Assembly: GCA_048884965.1 (NCBI GenBank)
Contig: JBHLQH010000012.1
Location: 28,428 to 92,427 of the forward strand
From: Candidatus Thorarchaeota archaeon
GTDB lineage: Archaea; Asgardarchaeota; Thorarchaeia; Thorarchaeales; Thorarchaeaceae
Length of the DNA stretch: 64,000 nucleotides
Reading direction: 5' to 3'
The notes under the pieces are model-generated. The model was not told where the DNA came from, did not search any database, and was given only the letters and a program-made list of their open reading frames with translations. This document shows, piece after piece, positions 9,900 to 21,100 of this stretch. The translations under genes and the position numbers were made by a program. Each line of letters starts with the position of its first letter. The stretch's first letter is position 1.

Positions 9900-10391
9900 T
9901 CATCCGAGATATTCCCAATATCCTTGCTCTATCTTTGCAGCTTCATCTAATCCCGGCCAAGGAGGCATCGTGGAAATCAGAAACTCAAGATCTATATTCC
10001 CTGTATTCCTAAATTGAAAAGCAACATTTGCAGGAATAGTAATGCAAATCCCCTTCTTCACAGTGACCACGCTTTCTTCGTCGCGGTACTTCCGCCATAA
10101 TTTCCCTATCCCTGAAATGAAAAACCAGATTTCTTCAACAGTTTTATGACAAACTGCTTGTGAAATCCGATCTGGTGGGAGGATGCAGTGAGCGAGGCCG
10201 CCTAGGTTGAGGGATAGCAAAGAACGAATAGAGCTGCCATCGGGAGCTTTGTAACAAGGAGTTTCCCTGAGCATTGCGGTTCTTATTCTATTACTGGGAA
10301 TTAATAAATCACATTTCCCATCAATCCAATATTCACATGTGCCTATGCCAGTACATTCCAGTTTCATCAGCCCCGTACTCTTGTTCTCCAA
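9900..10391 (-). CDS. Cupin-domain protein with Cys-rich N-terminal extension
   Basis: APDGS.IR.L, HKTVEEIWFFISG.G, FQFRNTG and MPPWPG cupin motifs. Confidence 0.8.
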   Translation of the reverse strand: MENKSTGLMKLECTGIGTCEYWIDGKCDLLIPSNRIRTAMLRETPCYKAPDGSSIRSLLSLNLGGLAHCILPPDRISQAVCHKTVEEIWFFISGIGKLWRKYRDEESVVTVKKGICITIPANVAFQFRNTGNIDLEFLISTMPPWPGLDEAAKIEQGYWEYLG

Positions 10392-10581
10392 ATGCCTGCA
10401 ACGCTTTGAAGATACATTTGCTTTAATTAAGAAGGTATCTTAGTAAAAAATATTTACTCATACTGGCTCATCTCACAGCATCCTCGAAACCAGAGTGAAA
10501 ATTCAGGTCCTGCATTGAATATGCAATTTCTATCATAAATCAAGTATTCAAAATACATTGTCGGCAGGAAATCCAGCTATG

Positions 10582-11244
10582 TCAAGAAGATTTCTCCCTT
10601 TTCCCATATTTCCTTAGATAATATTGCCGCATGAAATGTGCCTCGAATTTATTGATTTCCTTCGCTCCTCCGAGGAACTCTGATTCGATGAAAGCCTTGC
10701 AGGCCTTCTCTAGGACGAAGGTGCAGGTGAATGCCTCTTCCATATCTCGACCGATGCAGACAGCACCATGATTTGCCATAAGCGCAGCATTTCGCCCCTT
10801 CAATGCTTTCATGGTCTTCTTCACAATCTTCTTTGTAGACGGAAGGGCATACTCGGCTACTCGAATGGTAGGACCAATGATCTGCACCATGTCATCGAGA
10901 ATAGGAGGAACCTCCCTTCGAGCCACAGCTACAGTGGATGCGTTCATTGAATGAGAGTGGATGACTGCACCAATATCCTTTCTATCCTTGTAGATAGCGA
11001 CATGCAACTTCATCTCAGCAGATGGCTTATGCTTGCCTTCCCAGTTGATATCATCCGAGCTGAAGTCTACGATCGCTATATCTTCGGGAGTAAGGGTTTC
11101 ATAGCCCATTCCTGATGGAGTTATGGCCATTCGTTGTAGATCGACTCGACAGGAGATATTACCCCAAGTCCCACCAACGAGTCCATTAGCAATGAGTTTC
11201 TTTCCAGCCTCACAAACGATGCTTTTTGCCTCATCTGCATTCAT
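10582..11244 (-). CDS. Class II aldolase/adducin family (fuculose-1-phosphate aldolase-like)
   Basis: GTWGNIS, ITPSG, PSAEMKLH, HSHS, ANHGA. Start moved to ATG 11244 behind an AGGTGA RBS. Confidence 0.9.
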   Translation of the reverse strand: MNADEAKSIVCEAGKKLIANGLVGGTWGNISCRVDLQRMAITPSGMGYETLTPEDIAIVDFSSDDINWEGKHKPSAEMKLHVAIYKDRKDIGAVIHSHSMNASTVAVARREVPPILDDMVQIIGPTIRVAEYALPSTKKIVKKTMKALKGRNAALMANHGAVCIGRDMEEAFTCTFVLEKACKAFIESEFLGGAKEINKFEAHFMRQYYLRKYGKREKSS

Positions 11245-11245
11245 T

Positions 11246-12796
11246 TCAATCACCTGAAGGGATAGCGAATCTCGCCTCATTTGCCTTCTTATAGACTTCT
11301 CTTAACGATGAATAGATTTCCTTGTAAGTTTCAAAGAGTGAATCATACACTCCAAAGTTCTCCTTATGAGGAGTGAATATTCCGGTTTCCTTGACGATCT
11401 CTTTCGCGAATCTGAAATCAGAGAATATCCCAGCTCCTACGAAGCCAATCATCGCAGCACCAATAGCACCAACGTACATAGGTTGCTCGAATGTCCGGAT
11501 GTTCCGTTTTGTCACATCTGCAAGAATCTGCATCCATTCTTTGCTAAGAGACCCTCCCCCAACGACGTTCACATCTGTGATGGTAAACCCAAAGTCCTTC
11601 TCAAAATTCTCAATGATCCACCGCAGGTTATAGGCGATACCTTCGTCGATAGCACGGATGACGTGAGCGCGTGTGTGCTCTAGACCCAGATTGAAGATGG
11701 TTCCTCGGGTGGTAGTAGTACTTACAGGACAGCGTTCTCCCAAGACCCATGGGGTGATGATGAGATGATCAGAACCAATTGGCACCGATGATATCTCTTG
11801 GTCCATGAGGTGGAAGACCTCGACATCATTCGGATCGAGTGATATTCCCTTGTAGAGCTCCTTGGATGCCCATTCAAGCAGGATGCCTGCTGACTCAGTC
11901 ACACCGACAACGATGTTCTTCTCAGGGTCAGCACTTTGGAGAGTTACTGCTCCGTTCCTGAACTTCGGAGCTTGCTCAGTTGCGATACCAAACCATGCGG
12001 AGGTTCCGAGATAGATGTGTGACTCCCCCTCTTCGACTGCTGTCGAGCCAACTAATGCGGATTGCGTATCATCACATCCTCCGAAGACAGGAATGCCTTC
12101 AGGAAGTCCCATGGACTCTGCAGCAACCGCAGTAAGCCCAGTACCAACTGGATCAATAGAACGAACAAGTGGTGGCAGCTTCTCCTTGTCAATCCCAATC
12201 AGCTTGAAGATGAGATAGTCCCAATCCTTCTTTTTTAAGTCAAAAGAATAGGAACATGCCCCTGACCATTCAGCTACCTTCTCACCTGTGGCTTTGAATT
12301 TCAAGAAACCATTAACATCCAAGAAGAGATCAGCTTTCTCATAGATATCTTGTCGTTCTTGCTTGAGCCAGAGCAACTTGCAGACAACATCCTTCCCAGT
12401 TATCTCAATCCCAATTATAGACTTGAAGACCTTCGTCCCACCAATCTTGCGCATAATCTGCCGGGCTTGCTTCTCAGCCCTACCATCTACCCAAGAGATA
12501 TTCGGATGCAGTACAACACCGTTCTTGTCAATAGGGATAACTCCCATGGCTTGAGTGGTGAAGACGATTCCTGCTAGATTATCTTTGGAAAGCTTATAAT
12601 TCGACGATATCTGACGAGTAGTCTTCACAATAGCATTCCAGTAGTCTTCAGGATCCTGCTCCACCCATCCTGGACGGGGAGTATGAAGAGGATAGTCCTC
12701 TATGGCATGTGCGACAACATGTCCATTTGAATCAACTAAGGCAGTCTTCACACTACTTGTTCCTACATCGTGCGCAATCACATATATTGGCATCAT
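11246..12796 (-). CDS. FGGY-family carbohydrate kinase (xylulokinase-like)
   Basis: DVGTSSVK, VEQDPEDYW, W.DGRA, GERCP, EGIAYN, GGGS motifs. Confidence 0.92.
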   Translation of the reverse strand: MMPIYVIAHDVGTSSVKTALVDSNGHVVAHAIEDYPLHTPRPGWVEQDPEDYWNAIVKTTRQISSNYKLSKDNLAGIVFTTQAMGVIPIDKNGVVLHPNISWVDGRAEKQARQIMRKIGGTKVFKSIIGIEITGKDVVCKLLWLKQERQDIYEKADLFLDVNGFLKFKATGEKVAEWSGACSYSFDLKKKDWDYLIFKLIGIDKEKLPPLVRSIDPVGTGLTAVAAESMGLPEGIPVFGGCDDTQSALVGSTAVEEGESHIYLGTSAWFGIATEQAPKFRNGAVTLQSADPEKNIVVGVTESAGILLEWASKELYKGISLDPNDVEVFHLMDQEISSVPIGSDHLIITPWVLGERCPVSTTTTRGTIFNLGLEHTRAHVIRAIDEGIAYNLRWIIENFEKDFGFTITDVNVVGGGSLSKEWMQILADVTKRNIRTFEQPMYVGAIGAAMIGFVGAGIFSDFRFAKEIVKETGIFTPHKENFGVYDSLFETYKEIYSSLREVYKKANEARFAIPSGD

Positions 12797-12904
12797 TTCA
12801 ATGGCCTCAGAATATTCTCTGGAGGGTGTCTACTGAATGCTGCCTATAATTCAATCCAAGTGAAATAGGTTTCTTCTCAGGTGTTATTTAGAAGAAGACC
12901 ATGT

Positions 12905-12949
12905 TCTGTGAAAAATAAGATAGATAGGCAATCCGAATCGGACTGCCTA
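12905..12949 (-). terminator. Stem-loop plus T-rich tract after SSB copy 1
   Basis: Minus strand taggcagtccga-t-tcggattgccta, followed by tctatcttattttt. Confidence 0.6.
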
Positions 12950-12975
12950 ATTATATTCTGTGTACCTAGTGTTGA

Positions 12976-13518
12976 CTAGTACCTTCGACCGCCGCTGCGT
13001 CGGTCTCTGCCGCCGCCACCACCGCCGCCATAGCCTCGATCACGATCTCGTCCGCCGCCGCCGTATCCGCCACCGCCACCGCCACCGCCGTAGCTACTAC
13101 GACCGCCGCCACCACCGCCACCACCGTAGCTTCGGCGTCTGGTGTCTTCGTGCTCAACAGCTGACATGTCATTATCGGTCTTTACATCTTCAATGGCTGT
13201 TTCAGCTGCACTGAGTTCACCGTATTTTCCAACGTTAAGTCTCAAATTACCTCTAAACAATCCAGTGTATCCATTCTTGAGTAAGTAGCTCTCGCCAACC
13301 TCAACACTATCGATGTGGTCATCCCATAGTGGTACAGCAACTGTACCAGTTGAATCACCAACTACTGCATCTAGTACTCTATGTGAAGCTCCGTCATTTC
13401 TTGAAGATACTTCACGCTCTTCACCTAGTTCGATCACCTTGAAGGAAATGACCAGGTTTTTCATCTGTGGCTTCAATTCAGCCACTGTAGCCTCAATAGG
13501 CTCTCTGTCGTAACTCAT
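12976..13518 (-). CDS. ssb: Single OB-fold SSB-like protein with Gly/Arg/Tyr-rich (RGG-like) tail, copy 1
   Basis: VAELKP...VGDSTG.V...LWD...NGYTGLFRGNLRLNVGKYG (crenarchaeal-type SSB OB fold); tail YGGGGGGG/RDRDRG. Alternative GTG start at 13527. Confidence 0.85.
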   Translation of the reverse strand: MSYDREPIEATVAELKPQMKNLVISFKVIELGEEREVSSRNDGASHRVLDAVVGDSTGTVAVPLWDDHIDSVEVGESYLLKNGYTGLFRGNLRLNVGKYGELSAAETAIEDVKTDNDMSAVEHEDTRRRSYGGGGGGGGRSSYGGGGGGGGYGGGGRDRDRGYGGGGGGGRDRRSGGRRY

Positions 13519-13686
13519 TTGTATCACTCACTTATGCCAAAGCATAATTGATTACAGGGCGTCAAAAAATAAGCGGGTTCATCTGGGGAGGTGCGAAACG
13601 GTGCGTAACCAATCACGAACTCTTTCTGAGAAAACGCGTCTTGCTTGTGTTTCCTGTAGCCTATTCTCCAAATCATACCCTTATAG
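13519..13686 (-). promoter_or_regulatory. Promoter and conserved structured 5' leader of SSB copy 1
   Basis: Aligns by eye almost colinearly with 57513-57679. TATAAG box; outer helix tacagg/cctgta; hairpin ttatgc-tttg-gcataa next to the RBS. Confidence 0.75.
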
Positions 13687-13806
13687 TACTGTGCATTGAG
13701 CTTTTTTCTGAAGATTGAGAAGGCATGCCCCTCCTCCATGAAATGCTAGCGAACCTTGATCTCCTTGAGGAGGGACTTGTCTCTTATGACATCCTATGCC
13801 TATCTC

Positions 13807-16413
13807 TCATCCAGTCTTCTTCTTAGTGACAATGATGGCGATTACGACAACCACAATAGCACCACCAAAACCTACAGATAGAACCAGAGGCAAAAGTGGA
13901 TCGGGTGGCAACTCAGTATCAGTGCCTGTGGTTGTATCAGTAGAAGTTGTTGTGCTCGTTGTCGTAGTCGTTGTAGATTCTGTAACGGTTACCCAAACTG
14001 TATCTTTTTCAAAATTGAGGTAGTCATCATATACTAGTACAGTCACATTATAGACTGCAGGGCTGAGATCATCCACTGATAATGTGATTGAGAATGATAC
14101 TGCAGATATGGTTTGATTAGCGATTTCAGTTCCATTCACATATATCCTATATCCTCCAAGGTTATAGTCAGACACAACCCATACTAATTCATTTCCAGTG
14201 GTACTCTCCTCAAATTCAAGATCATCGGGAGTTTCTGAAAATGATGGTGAAACAGTATCACTTACTGTTATGGTTATCATCTTCAGGATATAGTTCGAAT
14301 AGATATCTTCCGCGTAGACACCAAACTCGTAGGCATCGGCTGTATCAAGATTCGTTGTATTAGTGATCAGGCCACTACTATCAATTGCGAAAAGATCGTT
14401 TGCGCCAACGCTAAGCCAGTAGCTCTGGATTCCAGAGGGATCCGTTGCACTAATCTGGTAGCTGAAGGACTCTCCAAACTCAGCATGTTGGTCCACTGGT
14501 TCAGTGATCCATGCTGGACCAACTGTGTCCTCAACCTCCACAATGGACTGATTCCAGATGAAGTGTCCAGACACATGATATAGAATTACTGTGACATTAT
14601 GAACACCCACCGGAAAGCCATCTATTGGTACATCAAACAGTGTTCCAGGCCAATCTCCTGCTGCATACTGAGTTCCATTTCTCAGTGCCTCATACTTCCA
14701 TGGATTAAGTGCTTGGGACCACCAGGGCATGAGGTGACCAGTTGACGTGAACTCATAACCAGTTGAATCAGCTGGAGTCATGTTAAGACTAACAGTAGGA
14801 TAGTAATCGACTCCAGAACCTGCTCCAGGAATTACATAAGAACCAGTTCCAACATAGTCACTCCACCAATTTCCTATTGTACTCTTGTTCCAATAGTTAG
14901 TATCTATCGCGGTATCTAAGGCATTTCCAGCGACATTCCAACCTATATCGTTATAGTACAACTCGCAATCATCCGTATTTATCAGGAATATCCCGTATTC
15001 TTGATTGTCATAGAGTACATTCCACGTGACGGTCCAGTTGTCTGACATATAATTGTAAATTCCAGAATCCAGGTTATCATGAATGGAGTTGTTGTAGACG
15101 GTCAGATTGTGTGCGAAAACGCCATGTAAGCCGAATCTGAAATTCTCATACACATTGTTGTCCTTAACTTCGCAGAACAGTGAAGAGCCAATGAAGATAC
15201 CATCCTGTGTGTTGTTGTAAACCTCATTTTCAAGAATCTTGATGAAATTAGTATTTGCCAGTGAGATTCCGCAACCTTCATCTGATTCGCCTCTGTTGCC
15301 ATGTATCTCATTGCTTAGTATTGTGCAATTGTCTGAGAATTCAACAGATATGCCATGCTGGGTATTGTTGTATAGATGATTGTCCACCACAAGGATGAAA
15401 TCGGACCCATCCACATAGATTCCATTCCATGTGTTATTGTAGATCTCATTATTCCTTATTTCACAATCTTGAGAGGCGCTCACAGAGATGCCGCAACGGA
15501 CACCGCCATCACCCCTGTTCTGATACACCTCATTATCTGTAACAGTGCAGTTTCGGGAGCCTACCAAAGTAATACCATGAATAGTGTTGTTGTGGATTTC
15601 ATTATCATGGATATCTACAAAATCGCTGTTCCCAATCTGAATGCCAGCATATGTATTCTCAAATATGTGATTATCAAAAATCTCCCAGAAATCGACTTCC
15701 CAGAGGTTTATTCCACATTCAGGACTCAGATCGTTGTCGTAGATCGTATTATTCTCGATGGTTGAGTTGTAGGCATAGGATGCATATACTCCTATATTGT
15801 TATTACTGTAAATGAAATTATCAGAGATAGTTGTGTAATTGGAATCTCCGGAGATGTAGATACCACTATTCTGATGAAAGTATATCTCACACCCATTGAT
15901 TTCAACATAGTTTGAGGATGTAGATGATATTCCTCTCCAGTTATCAAAGATGGTACAATTATCGATAACAAGATTGGGGGTATCATCTGCATAAATACCA
16001 TAGAACTTTCTTGTTATCGTAGTATCCTCAATCCTCGCATGAGAAACATTGACAAGAAGAATCCCATTTTCATTGCGGTACGTTGTCTCATTCAGCAAAC
16101 ATCCTCTGATTATGAAATACAAGGATACATCTTGAATCTGAATGCATGCAGTACTAGACGTGATATTATAATTCTCAATGATGTATGGGAAGTCGATGCT
16201 ACCCTCTCCGTCCCATTCGTAGTTACTAGCGGCATTTTCAAAGGCAGTATCCCCTACTATATCGATTGGACCGAACTCATCATACGCATTGATGAATTCT
16301 ATCCTTGGGGGATTATTCATCATTTCATTGTTGCTGATTGCAGTATCGGAAACAGCAGTCATCAACACTATTGTCAATAGAATACCAAATAGAAAAGCCT
16401 GTGCGTGCTTCAT
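13807..16413 (-). CDS. Membrane-anchored surface protein with NosD/parallel beta-helix repeats, Ig/cadherin-like domains and Thr-rich linker
   Basis: Signal peptide; G.GS...PYIIE; many 'I.NN.I.NN...GI' repeats; GNWWSDY.G; TTTTTTS linker; C-terminal TM followed by KKK. Confidence 0.85.
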   Translation of the reverse strand: MKHAQAFLFGILLTIVLMTAVSDTAISNNEMMNNPPRIEFINAYDEFGPIDIVGDTAFENAASNYEWDGEGSIDFPYIIENYNITSSTACIQIQDVSLYFIIRGCLLNETTYRNENGILLVNVSHARIEDTTITRKFYGIYADDTPNLVIDNCTIFDNWRGISSTSSNYVEINGCEIYFHQNSGIYISGDSNYTTISDNFIYSNNNIGVYASYAYNSTIENNTIYDNDLSPECGINLWEVDFWEIFDNHIFENTYAGIQIGNSDFVDIHDNEIHNNTIHGITLVGSRNCTVTDNEVYQNRGDGGVRCGISVSASQDCEIRNNEIYNNTWNGIYVDGSDFILVVDNHLYNNTQHGISVEFSDNCTILSNEIHGNRGESDEGCGISLANTNFIKILENEVYNNTQDGIFIGSSLFCEVKDNNVYENFRFGLHGVFAHNLTVYNNSIHDNLDSGIYNYMSDNWTVTWNVLYDNQEYGIFLINTDDCELYYNDIGWNVAGNALDTAIDTNYWNKSTIGNWWSDYVGTGSYVIPGAGSGVDYYPTVSLNMTPADSTGYEFTSTGHLMPWWSQALNPWKYEALRNGTQYAAGDWPGTLFDVPIDGFPVGVHNVTVILYHVSGHFIWNQSIVEVEDTVGPAWITEPVDQHAEFGESFSYQISATDPSGIQSYWLSVGANDLFAIDSSGLITNTTNLDTADAYEFGVYAEDIYSNYILKMITITVSDTVSPSFSETPDDLEFEESTTGNELVWVVSDYNLGGYRIYVNGTEIANQTISAVSFSITLSVDDLSPAVYNVTVLVYDDYLNFEKDTVWVTVTESTTTTTTSTTTSTDTTTGTDTELPPDPLLPLVLSVGFGGAIVVVVIAIIVTKKKTG

Positions 16414-16529
16414 CCATCTCCCTCTTTTGCAGAATGCGAACGGAGTATGTGTCTATATGGTTCCTGATATGCTTTTCGACATTTGGAGAAGACATTTCCC
16501 ATAGCATGGAATTATGTAGTTCTATTCAT

Positions 16530-17996
16530 CTAGGTGCATGATTCGACGCTAGTAAGTACACGTCTGAATCGTTCTATTGCATCATCAATCACTTCATCAG
16601 TATCTGCCAGGCTAGTGTACATACGAGAGCCAGCCAATGTCACGATACCCTCAGCCATATAGGCAGCACCAATTTCCTCCATAAAATGCTGACGAACTTT
16701 GATCTCCTTGAGGATGGACTTGATTCTGATGACATCCTTGGGAAGACTGATCCTTATGAACATCGTACCTGAGGTCTCTAGATGACAGATTGCTCCTTGA
16801 TTATAGGCAACAAATGGAAGCTTCATGTCATCAATGATCTCCTCAAGACCTTTTGTCAGACGGTCTCCTGCCTTGCCTGCAATTTCACAGGCATTGGTTC
16901 TTTCGATTTCTTGGATTGTATAATAGCCCGCAGCTGAGCTAAGTGGATTTGCAGCAAGGGTTCCACCAACATAGGCTCTTTTCTTGCCACCTCCGACACC
17001 AGCTGCCAAATGCTCCATTAGATCCTTCTGTCCACCTAGTCCTCCTGCAGCAGGATAACCTCCTGCTACTATCTTCCCAAACGTTGTTAGATCAGGAGTG
17101 ACTCCAAAGTAGCCTTGAGCTCCTGCGAGTCCGATCCTTCCGAAAGTAACGACTTCATCGAATATTAGAAGAGTATCATACTGATCACAAAGCTCTCTAA
17201 TCTGCTTGTTGTGGTCCTTGTCTACTGGACGTGTGCCAGACTCTGGTCCAACGGGTTCGACGATTACTGCTGCAGTCCCGCCAAGTAGTCTATTTCTGGA
17301 GAGCTTCTTCCGAAGCTTGTCAATGTCATTGGGATACACCTCATGAGTGTGCTTCCTGCAGCCACCGGGAATACCATGAGCCTCAAAACCTCCTGTTCCA
17401 GGGATGTGTAGTCCGTACACCATCTGGTCACTCCAACCATGATAGGCTCCACCCATCTTGATGACTTTCTTTTTCCCTGTTGCCAATCGTGCGACTCGAA
17501 TCGCGGCCATTACAGATTCTGTGCCGCTTCCAAGCATACGAAACATCTCGACAGCAGGTAGGTGCTTGTTGATCTCTTTGGCTAATTTGAGCTCAAATTC
17601 AGAGAAGAGACCAGTGACTGGGCCTCTCTCGTTAATGAGCTCTATGATCTTCTCTCTAACAGGAGCATAATTATTGCCAAGAATGATAGGTCCTCCGGCT
17701 TGCAAGAAATCAATATAGCGGTTCCCATCGATATCCCATAGATACGCACCTTCAGCTCTATCAATGACTATTGGGAATGGATAGTTAAATGCAAGATTAT
17801 GTTGCACGCCGCCAGGGATGTACTGCTGGGCTTCAGAGATCATTTCCTTTGATTTCGCACATCTCTGTTCGAAATACTCAAGATATTTCTTCAAAGCATC
17901 TTCCTGAATCTTCTGCACTGGTAATTCCATCAGATGAGACAATTTTCGATAGATCTCTGCAGTATCATGATAGTTTGAAATGCTATAACCCGTCAT
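16530..17996 (-). CDS. Class III PLP-dependent aminotransferase (GSA-aminomutase-like subfamily with N-terminal extension)
   Basis: IPGGVQH, GAYLWDIDGNRYIDF, SGTESVM, YHGWSD, LLIFDEVVT, DLTTFGKIVAGG, GTLAANP. Confidence 0.9.
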   Translation of the reverse strand: MTGYSISNYHDTAEIYRKLSHLMELPVQKIQEDALKKYLEYFEQRCAKSKEMISEAQQYIPGGVQHNLAFNYPFPIVIDRAEGAYLWDIDGNRYIDFLQAGGPIILGNNYAPVREKIIELINERGPVTGLFSEFELKLAKEINKHLPAVEMFRMLGSGTESVMAAIRVARLATGKKKVIKMGGAYHGWSDQMVYGLHIPGTGGFEAHGIPGGCRKHTHEVYPNDIDKLRKKLSRNRLLGGTAAVIVEPVGPESGTRPVDKDHNKQIRELCDQYDTLLIFDEVVTFGRIGLAGAQGYFGVTPDLTTFGKIVAGGYPAAGGLGGQKDLMEHLAAGVGGGKKRAYVGGTLAANPLSSAAGYYTIQEIERTNACEIAGKAGDRLTKGLEEIIDDMKLPFVAYNQGAICHLETSGTMFIRISLPKDVIRIKSILKEIKVRQHFMEEIGAAYMAEGIVTLAGSRMYTSLADTDEVIDDAIERFRRVLTSVESCT

Positions 17997-18181
17997 TCTA
18001 CCTTCACAGTACCTAGCAGAGTACTAACATCAATGAATAGTTTGTGGCTGGCTGAGTAAACCGGAAGAGTATTGATCGCATCCTACATACTCGCGCATAT
18101 TTATAGGTTAGATTGCACAATGTAGCCTACCATTGATTCATAGTTCTTATCCAATTATTTGGATTCTATTTCTTTTATGTC

Positions 18182-21100
18182 GTGGTAATTCGCGTGGGAT
18201 GTGATGTAGTGAGAAAGAGATTTGGTTTTCTCGTGGCGTTGTTCATTGTAACTCTGTTTCTTGGATCAGAAATGTATGTGATTTCAAATAATGCAAGGGG
18301 AGTTTCAGGAGAAAGAGCTATGAGTAGCGCTCAAGGAATGATTCCTGAAATTCAAAGAACCTTGAGCAGTACACCGCCACCAAGAACACCGGTTGACCTA
18401 AAGGAACTTGTGACCGAATTGTTATCAGTCACGCCTGTGAGCCATCAAAGTGACTATGATGGCGACCTACTGTATGACGCTGTTGAAGCAGTAATTGGGA
18501 CAGACCCAACAGAAAATGATACGGATCATGATCAGTTAACTGACTACAACGAGATTATGTTCTTCGGAACAGACCCAAAGCTTCCTGATTCCAATGATGA
18601 TGGACTCTTTGACTATGATGAAGTGAGTGTGACACTCGATCTTGACAATGACGCTATGCCAAACGCTTGGGATTTTGATAATGACAACGACGGAGTGAAT
18701 GATGCATCTGATCTTTCACCAATGGCAAAATCACAGACACGCGCCTCAATCCCAATATCAATTCATACGGATGGACAACCTACCTATATCACCTTTCAAC
18801 TTGTACCTGCAGATATTGAGTATCTGAGATTTATCTACCAGACATGGGATTGGAAAGACGATGATCACGAAGGACAAATGCAGGACTTGGATGGTTCAAA
18901 AGATGACATCTCTCTAGTACCATACTTACGCCTTGAAGGAAACACATTTCCAGCTCAAGCTGATATGGATGAATTTGGAGTCTTAGGACCAGAAGATGTG
19001 GGAGGAATGTGGCATACGGTAAATGCCATATCAGTACCACTATCGCCGGTTTATGAGTTTGAGAACATTGTCGCATTCAATGGCCGAATTCTATATGCAA
19101 TCTCAACACCGGCTGATATCAGTTTTCAAGCAAAACTTGAGTGGAAAGTCATAGGAGAAACAGATGTTACATCTTCAAATATGAAAATTGGCGATGACTA
19201 CATCTCTTATGGACAAGACATGATCGCTACAGCTAATGTCAGTGATGAGTACAACGCGGCATATGTGGAATGGATTACTCTAAGTGAAACAGCGAGTATA
19301 TCGACTATCGCGATAAAAATCATCGATGGACCGTATCTGGCGGTTGCTCCGGATGACAAGACGCTGGTTTTCAACTCCACAAACCTTGGGGTTCGCGAAA
19401 CATTCCGATACTACAAGAATCAGAAATGGTTAGAAGATTTTAATGGTAATTTCACTTCTGTGAAGCCAGATGGTACTTGGGGACTGATTCCGTATGCTGG
19501 TGCAGGCTCCCTTCTATCTGTCATAGATAGGATTGACACTGTCTACGCACGCAGTACACCCTTAGTCAAGTATACAGAACCCTTCAAGCTAACTGGTTTG
19601 ACAGTGCAGGAGTTCTATGGCACAGATGTTGGGATATTCTACAATGTCACAGACAAGAACCAAACCATAGCAGGACATTGGTTGATGGATTACAAATTTG
19701 TGAACAATGCTACAACAACCCTTACAGACATGCCAAGTCTACTTCAGGATAACGATGTAGCAGTAGCACATCTTACGAGTACTGTACGAGACAAGTACCA
19801 ATCTCTTGTTGAACTTAGAGAGAATCTAGTACCAGTGGCACTGGGTTCAGCAGCCATTGGAGAAGTGATTCCAATCACTATCGCAATCGAGGATAATAGC
19901 AAAATTGTGGAGCTATCTGAAACTCTGACTGCAACATACATTCTCAGCGGGACCTGTTCAGTGAATCTTGCATCAGCTGACTTGGTCACGAGCAAGTCAT
20001 TGAAGATGAATTGGTATAATTCTTCAACCTATACCGGTCTCAGCCAAGTCGAGATATCCACCGAGCTGTTATCATGGGGTCTTGATGGCAATGCAACATT
20101 CAATCTCCAACTCGCACTCATGCGATGGCATTCTGGAGAAAACAAGATCACCAAAGTAAATGCAGTAGAGCAAATTATGGACGAATTCAATCCGACGGAA
20201 CTCGATACAATATCCTATATCGGTCTAGCGGGGCTCGAATCCTTTGCATTTGCTGGCAAGGTTATTACATTCTTTAAGAACTGGAATTACTTGAAAGAAC
20301 TCGCCGATCCGCAATTCTACGATTTCATGCTAGATTGCTTATACAAAATGGCAGGAGGGGTTATGTCTAAGACATCCATGACAACATATCTTTTCAAGAA
20401 CAGCAAGTTCATTGCAACTCTTAGGTTCGGAGACCAACTCACTGACTGCGTCAAGTCGTCAAAATATGCTATGTCTTTCAAAGACTTTGAGTCAGCCCTT
20501 TTCATTATCGGGATTATTGTTGAGATTGGCCTCGGTATCGCCGCAGGCTGCATGATCGCAGATCAAATTGGTGGATCAGCAGGTAGAGAGTTCGGAACTG
20601 CGTATGGAATCCTAGCAGTAATTGTGGGAGTATGGCTTGCAGGAGTCTATGCACTCATAGGTACTATACCGTTCATAGGATGGTTGATTTCCTTAGGATG
20701 CGCTATCTATGATGCCACCACAAACTTCTCACAGAACATGATAGTAAAGTGGGTTCAAGGACTGTATGGAAATATCTGTCGTCTAGGACAAACGATTCCT
20801 AATGTCTTTGTTGAGAATGTGCCAACTATATCTACGTATGATGTTGATGACAATGGTAATGATCTTGGGGATTTTATCGTAGTGAATGGAACACTGTGGA
20901 ATGAAATCGATGTAGCTATCAAATATATACCTACATTCTGGGATATGTGGGACATAGAGAATACTTTCCAGTTTGAGCTCGTACGGCTTGGGTTGACATC
21001 TCCCGACTTCTTTCCGGAGAATTCGGAATACCTCACCTGGATCCTACCTTATGTTGATATTATTGCACCTGAAGGCTCAAACTCACTTACACCGCAGCCC

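Noticed and set aside
12960-13214. His/Arg-rich and Ala/Val-rich ORFs overlapping the SSB tails (also 58014-58334)
   Set aside because: Alternative-frame products of the GGC/GGT glycine repeats; not independent genes, and not a CRISPR or satellite array.
13524-13739. 71-aa ORF upstream of SSB copy 1 as a leader peptide
   Set aside because: The aligned region in copy 2 has single-base indels that break the frame, so conservation is at the RNA/DNA level.
16530-17996. hemL assignment
   Set aside because: The fold is GSA-aminomutase-like, but there is a long N-terminal extension, PGGVQH instead of PGGVNS, and no tetrapyrrole genes nearby.
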